NCBI GenBank assembly: GCA_902384455.1
Contig: CABMCB010000022.1
Span: 1-16,837 of the forward strand
DNA from: an uncultured archaeon
GTDB taxonomy: Archaea > Altiarchaeota > Altiarchaeia > IMC4 > SCGC-AAA252-I15
DNA length: 16,837 bases
Direction: 5' to 3'
The translations under genes were made by a program, and so were the position numbers. How positions within the stretch are numbered: position 1 is the first letter of the stretch; each line of letters starts with the position of its first letter. The notes under the pieces were generated by a model. The model made no database searches. It was given only the letters and a program-made list of their open reading frames with translations, and had not been told where the DNA came from. Below are positions 1 through 8,477 of the stretch, piece after piece.

Positions 1-864
1 AACATAATAAGAAAAAACAAACCTAAATCCATACTCATACCCCGCAGCAAAAACCTCGACCTACGACAAAGAAAAAACTGCGAAAAAGCAGTCAAAGACA
101 AAGACATAGTCATACACCTCGCCGCACAAGTAGGCGGAATAGGCCTAAATCAGAGGCGGCCGGGTGAACTCTTCTTTAACAACCTGGTCATGGGCGCGGA
201 ACTAATGGAGGCCGCCCGTAAGGCAGGAGTCGGAAAGTTTGTGGCTGTTGGGACAGTCTGCGCCTACCCCAAGTACACTCCCGTTCCATTCAAGGAAGAG
301 AGCCTGTGGGCCGGCTATCCTGAGGAGACAAACGCCCCCTACGGAATAGCAAAGAAGATGCTTCTTGTCCAGGCCGAAGCTTACCGCAGGCAGTACGGCT
401 TCAACGCCATATACTTGATGCCCACGAACCTTTATGGGCCGGGCGACAACTTCAATGTTGAAAGCAGCCACGTGATACCCTCTTTGATAAGAAAAATCTC
501 TGAGGCAAAGAAAGAAGGGAAAAAGAGTATTGACGTCTGGGGCACGGGAAACGCAAGCAGGGAATTCCTCTATGTGGAAGACTGCGCCAAAGCCATAGTG
601 CTTGCGACCGAAAAATACGATAAGCCTGAACCAGTCAACATAGGGGCAGGCTCAGAAATAACCATCCGAGAGCTTGTCGCCCTCATCGCGGAAATAATGG
701 GTTACGACGGAAAAATACGCTGGGACAAAACCAAGCCCGACGGACAGCCCCGCCGAAAACTAGACACAAAAAAAGCGGAAAAAGAATTCGGATTCAAAGC
801 CAAAACCCCCCTAAAAGAAGGCCTCAAAAAAACAATCGACTGGTATCAGGCAAACGCCCACTGA
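1..864 (+). CDS. fcl: GDP-L-fucose synthase (GDP-4-keto-6-deoxymannose epimerase/reductase), 5'-truncated by the window edge
   Basis: Frame 1 is open from base 1 ([22 protein letters not shown]...[14 protein letters not shown]...), so the gene starts upstream of the track's Met at 190. Motifs: HLAAxVGGI, GTVCAYP, catalytic YGIAK (YxxxK), [21 protein letters not shown], [16 protein letters not shown], KPDGQPRR. Confidence 0.93.
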   Translation, partial: NIIRKNKPKSILIPRSKNLDLRQRKNCEKAVKDKDIVIHLAAQVGGIGLNQRRPGELFFNNLVMGAELMEAARKAGVGKFVAVGTVCAYPKYTPVPFKEESLWAGYPEETNAPYGIAKKMLLVQAEAYRRQYGFNAIYLMPTNLYGPGDNFNVESSHVIPSLIRKISEAKKEGKKSIDVWGTGNASREFLYVEDCAKAIVLATEKYDKPEPVNIGAGSEITIRELVALIAEIMGYDGKIRWDKTKPDGQPRRKLDTKKAEKEFGFKAKTPLKEGLKKTIDWYQANAH

Positions 865-928
865 ACGCGTAAACCAATCACTTCAGTCGCACATGCGCAT
901 TTCTAATAAATGGCTGCTGTCAGGCCGA

Positions 929-936
929 TTATTAAA
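929..936 (+). promoter_or_regulatory. Putative archaeal TATA box (TTATTAAA) for the DUF4330-like/ligase-like pair
   Basis: Lies 22-29 bp upstream of ATG 958. A GGGGGAG Shine-Dalgarno-like element precedes ATG 973. Positional inference only. Confidence 0.35.
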
Positions 937-972
937 GGCGAGACCCGTATATTCTCAATGCTTGGGGGGAGA

Positions 973-2139
973 ATGGAATTCATCGATTCGAAGGGGCGGC
1001 TGTTTGGGAAAGTCAACCTGATCGACGCATTGGTCGTATTAGCCGCGGTTTTCATACTAATCGTCGGATTCAACCTGCTGTTTGTGGGCCGGCCTACTTC
1101 GTGGACTTATGTGACTCTTAGGCTTGTGAATCAGCCGTCCTACGTCTTGGATGCTGTTTCTGTCGGCGACGTGGAAACAAGCAGTTATCTTCAGGGTTCG
1201 GGGATGCTTCCCGTGCGGAAATATCTTCCGTTGGTGGGTTCCCGCGGGAAAGAGGTCGTAATAGCAGAAATAGAGTCCATGAAGGCGGTTCCGTCGTACA
1301 ATAACTCGAAACTCAGCGACGTAACTTTAGGAGTCCGCCTGCTTACCGAGCAGACATACTTCGACAACAAACCCGCGTTCAAACAGCTACAAGTGCTGGT
1401 GGGCAGAGACGTGTGCGTTGACACAGGAAAAATCAAGTTCTGCGGAACAGTACTGTCAATGAGCTCCAACAAATCCGCCCAAAAAGAAAGCGGCGTAAGT
1501 GGCCGGCCTATTATTTACTTCACGGGTGAGCCGCCCCTAAACTTAATGGAGGGGGAGCCGTCCACAGTGTCTTTTACAGTCCTCAATTATGCCGGCAAAC
1601 CGGCGGATTTAAGGTATACCGTCGAAACCCAGGAAAAGAACTTAACATACGCGTTGTCTCTGGATTCCGGAGAGCACCGCATAATAGACTTCAATTTCAC
1701 TCCTGCAAAACCAAGGCCTAAGGCGGTAACGTCCAAGACGCAGGAGTTCAGTCAGCAGTTGCTCATCCCGGTATCATCTTTTGAGACCTTCGTTTATCCG
1801 GCCAATTATTCTGACGGCATCACCTCAATAATCCGGGGAATATCCGGAACCCAGCTGTTCCCCCTGACTTCCGTCGCCCGCATTAAACTATCCGACCTAA
1901 CTGAAAACGTCCCTTACACGATTCACGCCGTGGAAAACACGACGAACAAAGACGACATCGTAGAAGTAATCTCAGACGTCACAATCACGCGGGCCTCAGA
2001 CAGCGTCACAGTATTGAGCGCCATAAAGGAGACCACGTACTCTAGTTCTCAAAAGCAGAAGTTCACGGTGACGGTGGTGGACGAGGAATCACGCAAGAAA
2101 ACAGAAATATCATTCGACTATACCGTCAACTCCACATGA
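973..2139 (+). CDS. DUF4330-like membrane-anchored protein with C-terminal beta-rich (DUF1616-like/Ig-like) extracellular domains
   Basis: N-terminus MEFIDSKGRLFGKVNLID followed by one hydrophobic helix matches the DUF4330 start signature as I recall it. Start at 973 preferred over 910/958 because of this signature and the upstream GGGGGAG. The segment GEPSTVSFTVLNYAG...YTV...LDSGE...FNFTP resembles DUF1616 C-domains. Seven N-x-S/T sequons. Confidence 0.7.
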   Translation: MEFIDSKGRLFGKVNLIDALVVLAAVFILIVGFNLLFVGRPTSWTYVTLRLVNQPSYVLDAVSVGDVETSSYLQGSGMLPVRKYLPLVGSRGKEVVIAEIESMKAVPSYNNSKLSDVTLGVRLLTEQTYFDNKPAFKQLQVLVGRDVCVDTGKIKFCGTVLSMSSNKSAQKESGVSGRPIIYFTGEPPLNLMEGEPSTVSFTVLNYAGKPADLRYTVETQEKNLTYALSLDSGEHRIIDFNFTPAKPRPKAVTSKTQEFSQQLLIPVSSFETFVYPANYSDGITSIIRGISGTQLFPLTSVARIKLSDLTENVPYTIHAVENTTNKDDIVEVISDVTITRASDSVTVLSAIKETTYSSSQKQKFTVTVVDEESRKKTEISFDYTVNST

Positions 2140-3599
2140 CAGTCGAACATAAACCCAAAACGCACTTACCAAAGCATTTGTTCGCCTCCCTGAAGAACAG
2201 CCTATTAATACGGCTGCTAACAGCAGGCCGACGCCTAGAAGAAAAAGAGTACCGTCCTTTTGCCACCTCACGCGTTGCCGGCATACTGTCCCGCCCTACC
2301 TTAAGAATCTGCCGTGAAACGGAGAGCATTCTTTCGCCCATCACGCCTCACGTAAAAAAATTCACCCCACTATGGCTCCTCCCCCTGTTCTTCATAGGAA
2401 TCATAATCAACCCAAGACTAGCAGTCGGCCCAACTTACATGGAGTCTTACGAATTCCTGATTCTTGCGATGTCCGTTTCTTGGGCGTTAATGCTAACCGT
2501 CAAAAACGCCCCCATACGCTGGACGCGCCTGGACACCTTCATAACATTCTTCATGGTTGCTGTACTCCTGTCCTTCATCAACACGCCCAGCATAACAGAA
2601 AGCATACGCGCATTCTACTGGCTAACACTTGCCGTACTACTATACTTCATCGTCGTAAACAACACATCCCACCTAGACGATTTCATCCCATACCACACAG
2701 CCCTATTCATATCCTCAACGATCATGGCAATAATTGGCATAATAAACTTCCTCTTCGAAGGACCCCACAGAATAGACACCATACTAGACCCAGTCATAAC
2801 AGGAGACTACCTGCTCATGTCAATGCTAATCACAAGCGCCCTACTAACCCAAACATCACCAAAGAAAAAAACCACATTATACTCCGGATACCTGATTCAA
2901 ATCGCGGCCTTAATACTGACCGGAACCAGAATGGCAATTTTCGTGGGCGGGCTAGCCCTCATACTGATAATGCGGCTCAAAAAAATCACTCAAAAACGCG
3001 TCACCATCATGCTGTCCTCCCTAATAATCTTCGCCATTGCGACGTCAATCATCCTGTCCATAATACCTGCCGCAATGCTACCCTCCACGCTAAAAACCCT
3101 AATCAACCCGACTCAAAGAACCGCCAACATACCCAGCCTCAACGGACGCTTTGACGCATGGGCCATAACATCGCAAATAATAAGCCAACCCATAATAGGA
3201 CACGGATTCGGACCCCAATCATTCGTCAAAGCAGAAGGGGCACTAAGGCAAATGCCCGAAAACATAACCGCACTATCGCCGCAATACCGCTACTACATAT
3301 GGTTCGACCACCCCCACGACATATTCCTCTCAGTCTTCTTCGACACAGGAATCATAGGACTACTCCTATTCCTACTCATACTAAGAGAAATAACAAAACA
3401 GACCGCAGTCGGCCTCAAAGCCCACGTTGACGCCCGGTCAAACGCGGTTATACTCGGCGCAGGTCTTGCGGTAGGAGTTTATTTCACGCATGGATTAGTC
3501 GACCTTGTCCTATACCGGAGGGAGCTAACTTTCCTGCTTTTCTACGCGTTTGCAGTCATACGCTGCAGCGCTCATCTATCGCACGCCGATACAAGCTGA
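2136..3599 (+). CDS. O-antigen ligase / Wzy_C family polytopic membrane protein (GT-C-type ligase, polymerase or O-OTase)
   Basis: Many hydrophobic segments; LILTGTR (T.SR-like), R..AW....I...PIIGHGFG, and HPHDIFLSVFFDTGIIGLLLF (HxHN..L....E.G..G-like). ATGA start/stop overlap with the upstream gene at 2136-2139. Confidence 0.85.
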   Translation: MTVEHKPKTHLPKHLFASLKNSLLIRLLTAGRRLEEKEYRPFATSRVAGILSRPTLRICRETESILSPITPHVKKFTPLWLLPLFFIGIIINPRLAVGPTYMESYEFLILAMSVSWALMLTVKNAPIRWTRLDTFITFFMVAVLLSFINTPSITESIRAFYWLTLAVLLYFIVVNNTSHLDDFIPYHTALFISSTIMAIIGIINFLFEGPHRIDTILDPVITGDYLLMSMLITSALLTQTSPKKKTTLYSGYLIQIAALILTGTRMAIFVGGLALILIMRLKKITQKRVTIMLSSLIIFAIATSIILSIIPAAMLPSTLKTLINPTQRTANIPSLNGRFDAWAITSQIISQPIIGHGFGPQSFVKAEGALRQMPENITALSPQYRYYIWFDHPHDIFLSVFFDTGIIGLLLFLLILREITKQTAVGLKAHVDARSNAVILGAGLAVGVYFTHGLVDLVLYRRELTFLLFYAFAVIRCSAHLSHADTS

Positions 3600-4695
3600 G
3601 CGTCTGTTCAGCCACATGCAGCGGGTTGTTTTCCTTTTGTATTTTAGCCCTGGCGGTTTTCCCTATTCTGCCGCGCAACTTTCTATCCCCAAGTAGCATG
3701 CCCATTTTCTTAGCGAGCTCTTTAGGGTCAGGGTCTGATAGTAAGCCGTTCTTTCCGTCGTCCATCATGTACTCAAGAGACTTAGTGTTCTTGGCGGCGA
3801 CAGTCGCCTTTCCGTATGCCATCGCCTCCAGTATCGCGTAGCATGCTGTTTCCTTGCGGGACGTATGGACTAGGGCGCAGCATTCATCATACTCCCTCAT
3901 CAGCTCTTCCTCCTTCAGACATCCTCGGAACACGACGTTTTCCTCTAAATTATTGTCGCGGACGTATCGCGTAAGGTCCCTGAAGTATTTCGGCCTGCTT
4001 GATGGCACCTCTCCTGCGATGTGGAGCCGTACGTCCGGGTAGTCTGACGTCAGTTCCTTCACCGTCTTAATGGCGTCCAACTGGTTCTTGTACGGGATTA
4101 TTGTGCCTACGTTAAGCAGTCTGCCTTCTTTATCTTTGCGGCGGACGATTTTTGGGATGTCCACCGGATTAGGAATAAGGTGAAATGCGCCATCTGTTCT
4201 GCTTCCAAGCATCTCCTCAACGTACGGGCTTACAGCGATGATATGCCGTACGCTTCTAAGAGACGACCTAAACTGTGCCCTGAAGAATTCCCTCGTCATG
4301 AAAGTTCCGAAATACTCCCCGGTGATATCCAACGCCGAATGAACCGTCATCACAGTCGGTATGCCCAAACTCGGAAAAGCTTCGGTAAACAAGGGAATGT
4401 GCGCGTGTATGACGTCCGGCTCTAACGATTTAATCTTATCCGTCATCCTCCTGCGCGCATTCCTATACTTAAGCATGAATGGCCTAAGGGCCCCCATATG
4501 GACAAAGTGGTATGTTATCCCATCCTCCACAATCACTTCTTCGTCTAAGCTCTCTGGTCCGTCATCATACGAGAGGACGTGAATCTCGTTTCCAGGACGG
4601 GCATTAATTCCCCTGCAAAGATTCTGTACTGCGCGAGGCTGCCCGGAAGTCGGCTCAAGGTCCTTGGAATACAATCCAAGCATAGCTATTTTCAC
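3556..4695 (-). CDS. Glycosyltransferase family 4 (GT-B)
   Basis: GTG start giving MKIAML; PDVIHAH, VMTVHS, IIAVS, IPNPVD, VGTIIPYKN, E-x7-E in KETACYAILEAMAYGK. GTGA overlap with the upstream GT2 stop (4692-4695). Confidence 0.9.
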   Translation of the reverse strand: MKIAMLGLYSKDLEPTSGQPRAVQNLCRGINARPGNEIHVLSYDDGPESLDEEVIVEDGITYHFVHMGALRPFMLKYRNARRRMTDKIKSLEPDVIHAHIPLFTEAFPSLGIPTVMTVHSALDITGEYFGTFMTREFFRAQFRSSLRSVRHIIAVSPYVEEMLGSRTDGAFHLIPNPVDIPKIVRRKDKEGRLLNVGTIIPYKNQLDAIKTVKELTSDYPDVRLHIAGEVPSSRPKYFRDLTRYVRDNNLEENVVFRGCLKEEELMREYDECCALVHTSRKETACYAILEAMAYGKATVAAKNTKSLEYMMDDGKNGLLSDPDPKELAKKMGMLLGDRKLRGRIGKTARAKIQKENNPLHVAEQTLSLYRRAIDERCSV

Positions 4696-5591
4696 GGCGC
4701 ACCCACCCCGCCTGCCCTATTCACAATCTCCCTCGCACGGGTAATTACGCTAGCCATGAAAGGTTCAGTCAACCTGGCCGGAAGGCAGGCGACAAAAAAA
4801 TAAAACCAGAATCTCACGTTAAACCAACTCCTCCTAACAAGCACCCCAAGCCTTCTTCGCGCTTCTGCGTTCGTCCCATAAAAAAGACAAACCTGCGCCT
4901 GATTATACAACGCCTGATCAGCCGCAGCAGAACCGGCGCGCTTCGCATATTCCCTAATGGTAACCTCCCCCGCATGAATACGATACCTATGAAGACAAAA
5001 AGGAAGAACGTGTATTACGCGGCCTGAAGACAGCAGCCGCGTCCATAAATCGCCGTCCTCAAACAGCACCGGGTCGTCGCGGTAGCCTTCAAGGGCTTCA
5101 AGAGCAGTCTTCCTAATCAGCGAAGACGTATGGGGTATATGATGTCTGACGTCTTTCACATTCACGTCGGCGTAAGGCTTCATTGCGCAAAGAAACATCC
5201 CGTTTTCATCCACGTACTCGACAAGCGCGGAAGCGACATCGACGTCGGAATGCGTTTCAAGATACCCGACATCAACCTCAAATCTCCGAGGAAGACTAAT
5301 CTCGTCCGAATCCATCGGCGCAATATACCTTCCCCTGCTCTCCCTAAGCCCGGCGTTCCTCGCATCTACACGCCCGCCCTTATCGCGCGGCAGCAAAATC
5401 AGCCGTACCCGCGAATCCTTACCAACATACTCCTCAAGCAGACATATCGTTCCGTCAGTAGAGCCGCCATCCACAATTATGAACTCAAAATCCCCGTAAG
5501 TCTGACTAAGAATGCTGTCAACAGCCTCCCTAAGATAGCGTTCGCTGTTGAAAACCGGCATAACAACCGAGACAATAGGGGCTTTAGTCAT
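4692..5591 (-). CDS. Glycosyltransferase family 2 (GT-A), divergent paralogue of the two GT2 genes below
   Basis: VSVVMPVFNSERYLREAVDSILSQT, FEFIIVDGGSTDGT, ARNAGL, DxD in MDSDE, FEDGDLW, YRIH. Confidence 0.92.
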   Translation of the reverse strand: MTKAPIVSVVMPVFNSERYLREAVDSILSQTYGDFEFIIVDGGSTDGTICLLEEYVGKDSRVRLILLPRDKGGRVDARNAGLRESRGRYIAPMDSDEISLPRRFEVDVGYLETHSDVDVASALVEYVDENGMFLCAMKPYADVNVKDVRHHIPHTSSLIRKTALEALEGYRDDPVLFEDGDLWTRLLSSGRVIHVLPFCLHRYRIHAGEVTIREYAKRAGSAAADQALYNQAQVCLFYGTNAEARRRLGVLVRRSWFNVRFWFYFFVACLPARLTEPFMASVITRAREIVNRAGGVGAP

Positions 5592-6474
5592 TTTCCCGTT
5601 TCTTTACTACCATAGATGTTGAACCACCTTTGATAAACGGCTTAAAATCCCTCATCAGCGGCCCGGTCAAGTACGTCGGCATGAAGCTGAGGAGATAGTA
5701 AAGGCGGTAAGTAATGTTCGCCGGTTCTCTACTAATCAAAACGTCAAGCCTCTTTCTTGCTTCAAAATGATTCCCGTAAGTCAGGCAAACAGACGCCTGG
5801 CAAAACAAAGCAAAATCCCGAGCATCCTTCGGAGACCTTTTAGCGCGTATAGAATAACCCAACGCATGAATCCTGTACCTCAGAAGAACATCCGGAAGCA
5901 CCACAACCCCTCCTCCCCCCCAACGTATCCTTTGAAAAAGAACAAAGTCGCCGCCGAAAGAAAATCCGCTGTCGTATCCTCCGGCGGCGCGCAAAACATC
6001 CACCCGAAACATGGCGCACGAGTTATTAAAAACAAAACCAGGCTTCCACGCCAAGCTAACTCCGTGCTGGGCGCACAAAGGATTTCCTTCCTCGTCAATG
6101 TATTCCACGCAAGCTGAAACAACGCTCACGTCAGGATGCTCAGTGAAATACTTAACCTGAGTTTCAAGCCTATTAGGCCGACTAACATCGTCGGAGTCCA
6201 TCACCGCCAAATACCTCCCCCTAGCAATCTTTATGCCGGAATTCCTCGAAGAATCCAACGCGCTTTTCCCAACATGAGTTACCACCTTAATCCGAGAGTC
6301 CTTTCTGGAATATTCCTCAAGTATGCGCGGGGTGCCGTCAGTGCTCACATCATCAACTACAATAAGCTCAAAATCTCCAAGCGTCTGATTAAGAATGCTA
6401 TCAATCGCCTCCCTGATGTAACGCTCCCCATTGTACACACTCATCACAACCGAGACGAGAGGAGTATCAGCCAT
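5584..6474 (-). CDS. Glycosyltransferase family 2 (GT-A), copy 1 of duplicated pair
   Basis: MADTPLVSVVMSVYNGERYIREAIDSILNQT, ELIVVDDVSTDGT, SRNSG, MDSDD, YRIH. ATG 6474 chosen because it aligns exactly with the copy 2 start (offset 5169). Confidence 0.92.
   Translation of the reverse strand: MADTPLVSVVMSVYNGERYIREAIDSILNQTLGDFELIVVDDVSTDGTPRILEEYSRKDSRIKVVTHVGKSALDSSRNSGIKIARGRYLAVMDSDDVSRPNRLETQVKYFTEHPDVSVVSACVEYIDEEGNPLCAQHGVSLAWKPGFVFNNSCAMFRVDVLRAAGGYDSGFSFGGDFVLFQRIRWGGGGVVVLPDVLLRYRIHALGYSIRAKRSPKDARDFALFCQASVCLTYGNHFEARKRLDVLISREPANITYRLYYLLSFMPTYLTGPLMRDFKPFIKGGSTSMVVKKREND
5648..6453. repeat. Direct repeat, copy 1 (mosaic identity with 10817-11622)
   Basis: Constant offset 5169. 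Hand alignment: 5648-5819 has 2 mismatches in 172 bp, 6040-6204 has 1 in 165 bp, 6382-6453 has 1 in 72 bp. The intervening blocks are heavily substituted. Confidence 0.92.
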
Positions 6475-6596
6475 GCCGTCCGCACCCAAAAAACCACCGG
6501 CCACCCGCTTCATATAACCCCGACAAAACAAACAAAATCCGCGGCATAATACTTACGAATAAATTAAATGCACTAAATAATAAACAAGGACACAAC
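6475..6596. promoter_or_regulatory. Divergent intergenic promoter region between GT2(-) and GT4(+)
   Basis: Gap between divergent genes. TTATATG on the minus strand at 6517-6511, and AT-rich AATAAATTAAAT/TAAATAATAAA on the plus strand before TTG 6597. Confidence 0.4.
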
Positions 6597-7682
6597 TTGA
6601 ACCCAAAAAAAATAATAATGCTCGGCCCCTCACCCACAGCAAAAGGAGGCATGGCCACTGTGACAGACATCTACCGCCGAAGCGGCCTTTTCGAAATCTG
6701 GCCCACAACATACTTAACCACATACCGCGACGGAAACGCCTGGACAAAGATTCAGACGGTAACCACAGCCTACCTGCGATTCACCCGCTTGCTACTCGGC
6801 GACCGCGTACAATTAGTGCACGCTCACGTCGCATCATACACCAGTTTCTGGCGCATATGCCTCTTCATATTTACCGCACTCCCCCTAAGACCCAAAATAA
6901 TAATCCACGTGCACTCCGGCTCATTCGGCCGCTTCTACGAGCAATCAGGTCCGATACGAAAGAAGATTATACGCTTTACACTCGATAAAGCAGACCGCAT
7001 AATCGTCTTGACCGACTACACCAAAAGAATGATGTCCAACATCACCTCCAACACTAAAATCGTCTCGGTACCAAACCCCTACATACCTGAAACCAGTTTC
7101 AAAGGTAAAGGCCGCCGCAAAAACACCATTCTGTTTTTGGGCAACGTGGGCGAAAACAAAGGCGTATACGACCTCCTCTCGGCAGTCAAAAAGCTGAAGA
7201 TAAAGTATCCCCAGATCAAACTGGTTGTCTGCGGGAAAGGTGAAATAAAGAAGGCGACTGAATTCGCGGACAAATTGGGCATAGGAAACTTAGTAGAGTT
7301 CCCCGGATGGGTGAGCGGCGAAGAGAAAAACAGACTGCTGCGTGAATCCACAATCTACGCCCTCCCATCATACTACGAAGGCCTTGGGATGGGGATATTG
7401 GAGGCTATGTCCGCAGGCACCCCAGTCGTTGCCTCTAATGCCGGAGGGATACCGGACGTAGTGGAAGACGGCGTTGAAGGACTGCTTGTGGCTCCCGGGG
7501 ACGTAGACGCATTAGCTGAAGCGTTAGACAAGGTCCTTTCCGACGGAAAACTCAGGGAAAAAATGGGCGCTGCAGGCCAGAAAAAAATCGCGTCTCAATT
7601 CATGCCGGAACAAGTCTTGCCTATGTTAAGTGAACTTTACTCCCAGTTAGGCGTAAAACCAACGCAACCAGGCAAAACGTAA
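6597..7682 (+). CDS. Glycosyltransferase family 4 (GT-B)
   Basis: TTG start, KKIIMLGP...KGGMATV, VHAHVAS, IIIHVHSG, ILFLG...NKGVYDLL, LPSYYEGLGMGILEAMSAGTPVVASNAGGIPDVV...GLLV.PGD. Confidence 0.92.
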   Translation: MNPKKIIMLGPSPTAKGGMATVTDIYRRSGLFEIWPTTYLTTYRDGNAWTKIQTVTTAYLRFTRLLLGDRVQLVHAHVASYTSFWRICLFIFTALPLRPKIIIHVHSGSFGRFYEQSGPIRKKIIRFTLDKADRIIVLTDYTKRMMSNITSNTKIVSVPNPYIPETSFKGKGRRKNTILFLGNVGENKGVYDLLSAVKKLKIKYPQIKLVVCGKGEIKKATEFADKLGIGNLVEFPGWVSGEEKNRLLRESTIYALPSYYEGLGMGILEAMSAGTPVVASNAGGIPDVVEDGVEGLLVAPGDVDALAEALDKVLSDGKLREKMGAAGQKKIASQFMPEQVLPMLSELYSQLGVKPTQPGKT

Positions 7683-7730
7683 TACTCATTTTACCCCGGC
7701 TTTTACGCCCCAGTTAACATACGTAATAAT

Positions 7731-8477
7731 GTGCGCGACGCCGTCCCTCTCATGGGAGTGAAAATAAACCCGTGGACAATGGAGGAAACAGTCAAAGAAA
7801 TAGAAAATCGGCTTGAAACCGGGAAATCCACGGTAATATCAGCAGTCAACGCAGCCAAAATAGTCAACCTACAAAAAGACCAACAGCTCCACAAAGCAAT
7901 CACGTCAAGCGACATAGTGCTGTTCGACGGCATCGGAGTAGTATGGGCAGCACGCATCATGGGATACAAAGTGCCCCAAAGAGTGGCCGGAATAGACTTA
8001 TTCCAACGGCTCATCATGCTCGCCCAAGAAAAAGAAACTCCAATCTACCTCCTAGGGGCGGAAAAAACCGCCATAGAAAAAGCAGCCGAAAAAATACAAG
8101 ACACGCACCCAAAAATAAAAATCGCAGGATTCCACCACGGCTACTTCACAAACGACGAAGAAATGGCCGCAACAATTAAAAATTCCGGCGCCAAAATGCT
8201 CTTCATAGGAATGAGCTCGCCCCAAAAAGAAAACTTCATGACGCAGTGGGGCGAAAAAACACAAGCAAAAATAATGATGGGCGTAGGCGGAACATTCGAC
8301 ATACTAGCTGGCAAAACAAAAAGAGCCCCCAAAAAAATACAGCAAATCGGATTGGAATGGCTATACCGCACAACACAAGAACCCCGCAGACTATGGAAAC
8401 GATATTTAGTGACAAACACCCTCTTCATCATACTACTAACCAAAGAAATTTTCAAAAAACACGATGCACCCCACTAA
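7731..8477 (+). CDS. wecG: WecG/TagA/CpsF family (GT26) glycosyltransferase, likely UDP-ManNAcA or ManNAc transferase
   Basis: VNAAK, DGIGVVWA, RVAGIDL, YLLGA, GFHHGYF, MGVGGTFDILAG..KRAP..IQ..GLEWLYR..QEPRRLWKRY. Symbol inferred from adjacency to wecC/wecB; tagA-type specificity is not excluded. Confidence 0.88.
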   Translation: MRDAVPLMGVKINPWTMEETVKEIENRLETGKSTVISAVNAAKIVNLQKDQQLHKAITSSDIVLFDGIGVVWAARIMGYKVPQRVAGIDLFQRLIMLAQEKETPIYLLGAEKTAIEKAAEKIQDTHPKIKIAGFHHGYFTNDEEMAATIKNSGAKMLFIGMSSPQKENFMTQWGEKTQAKIMMGVGGTFDILAGKTKRAPKKIQQIGLEWLYRTTQEPRRLWKRYLVTNTLFIILLTKEIFKKHDAPH

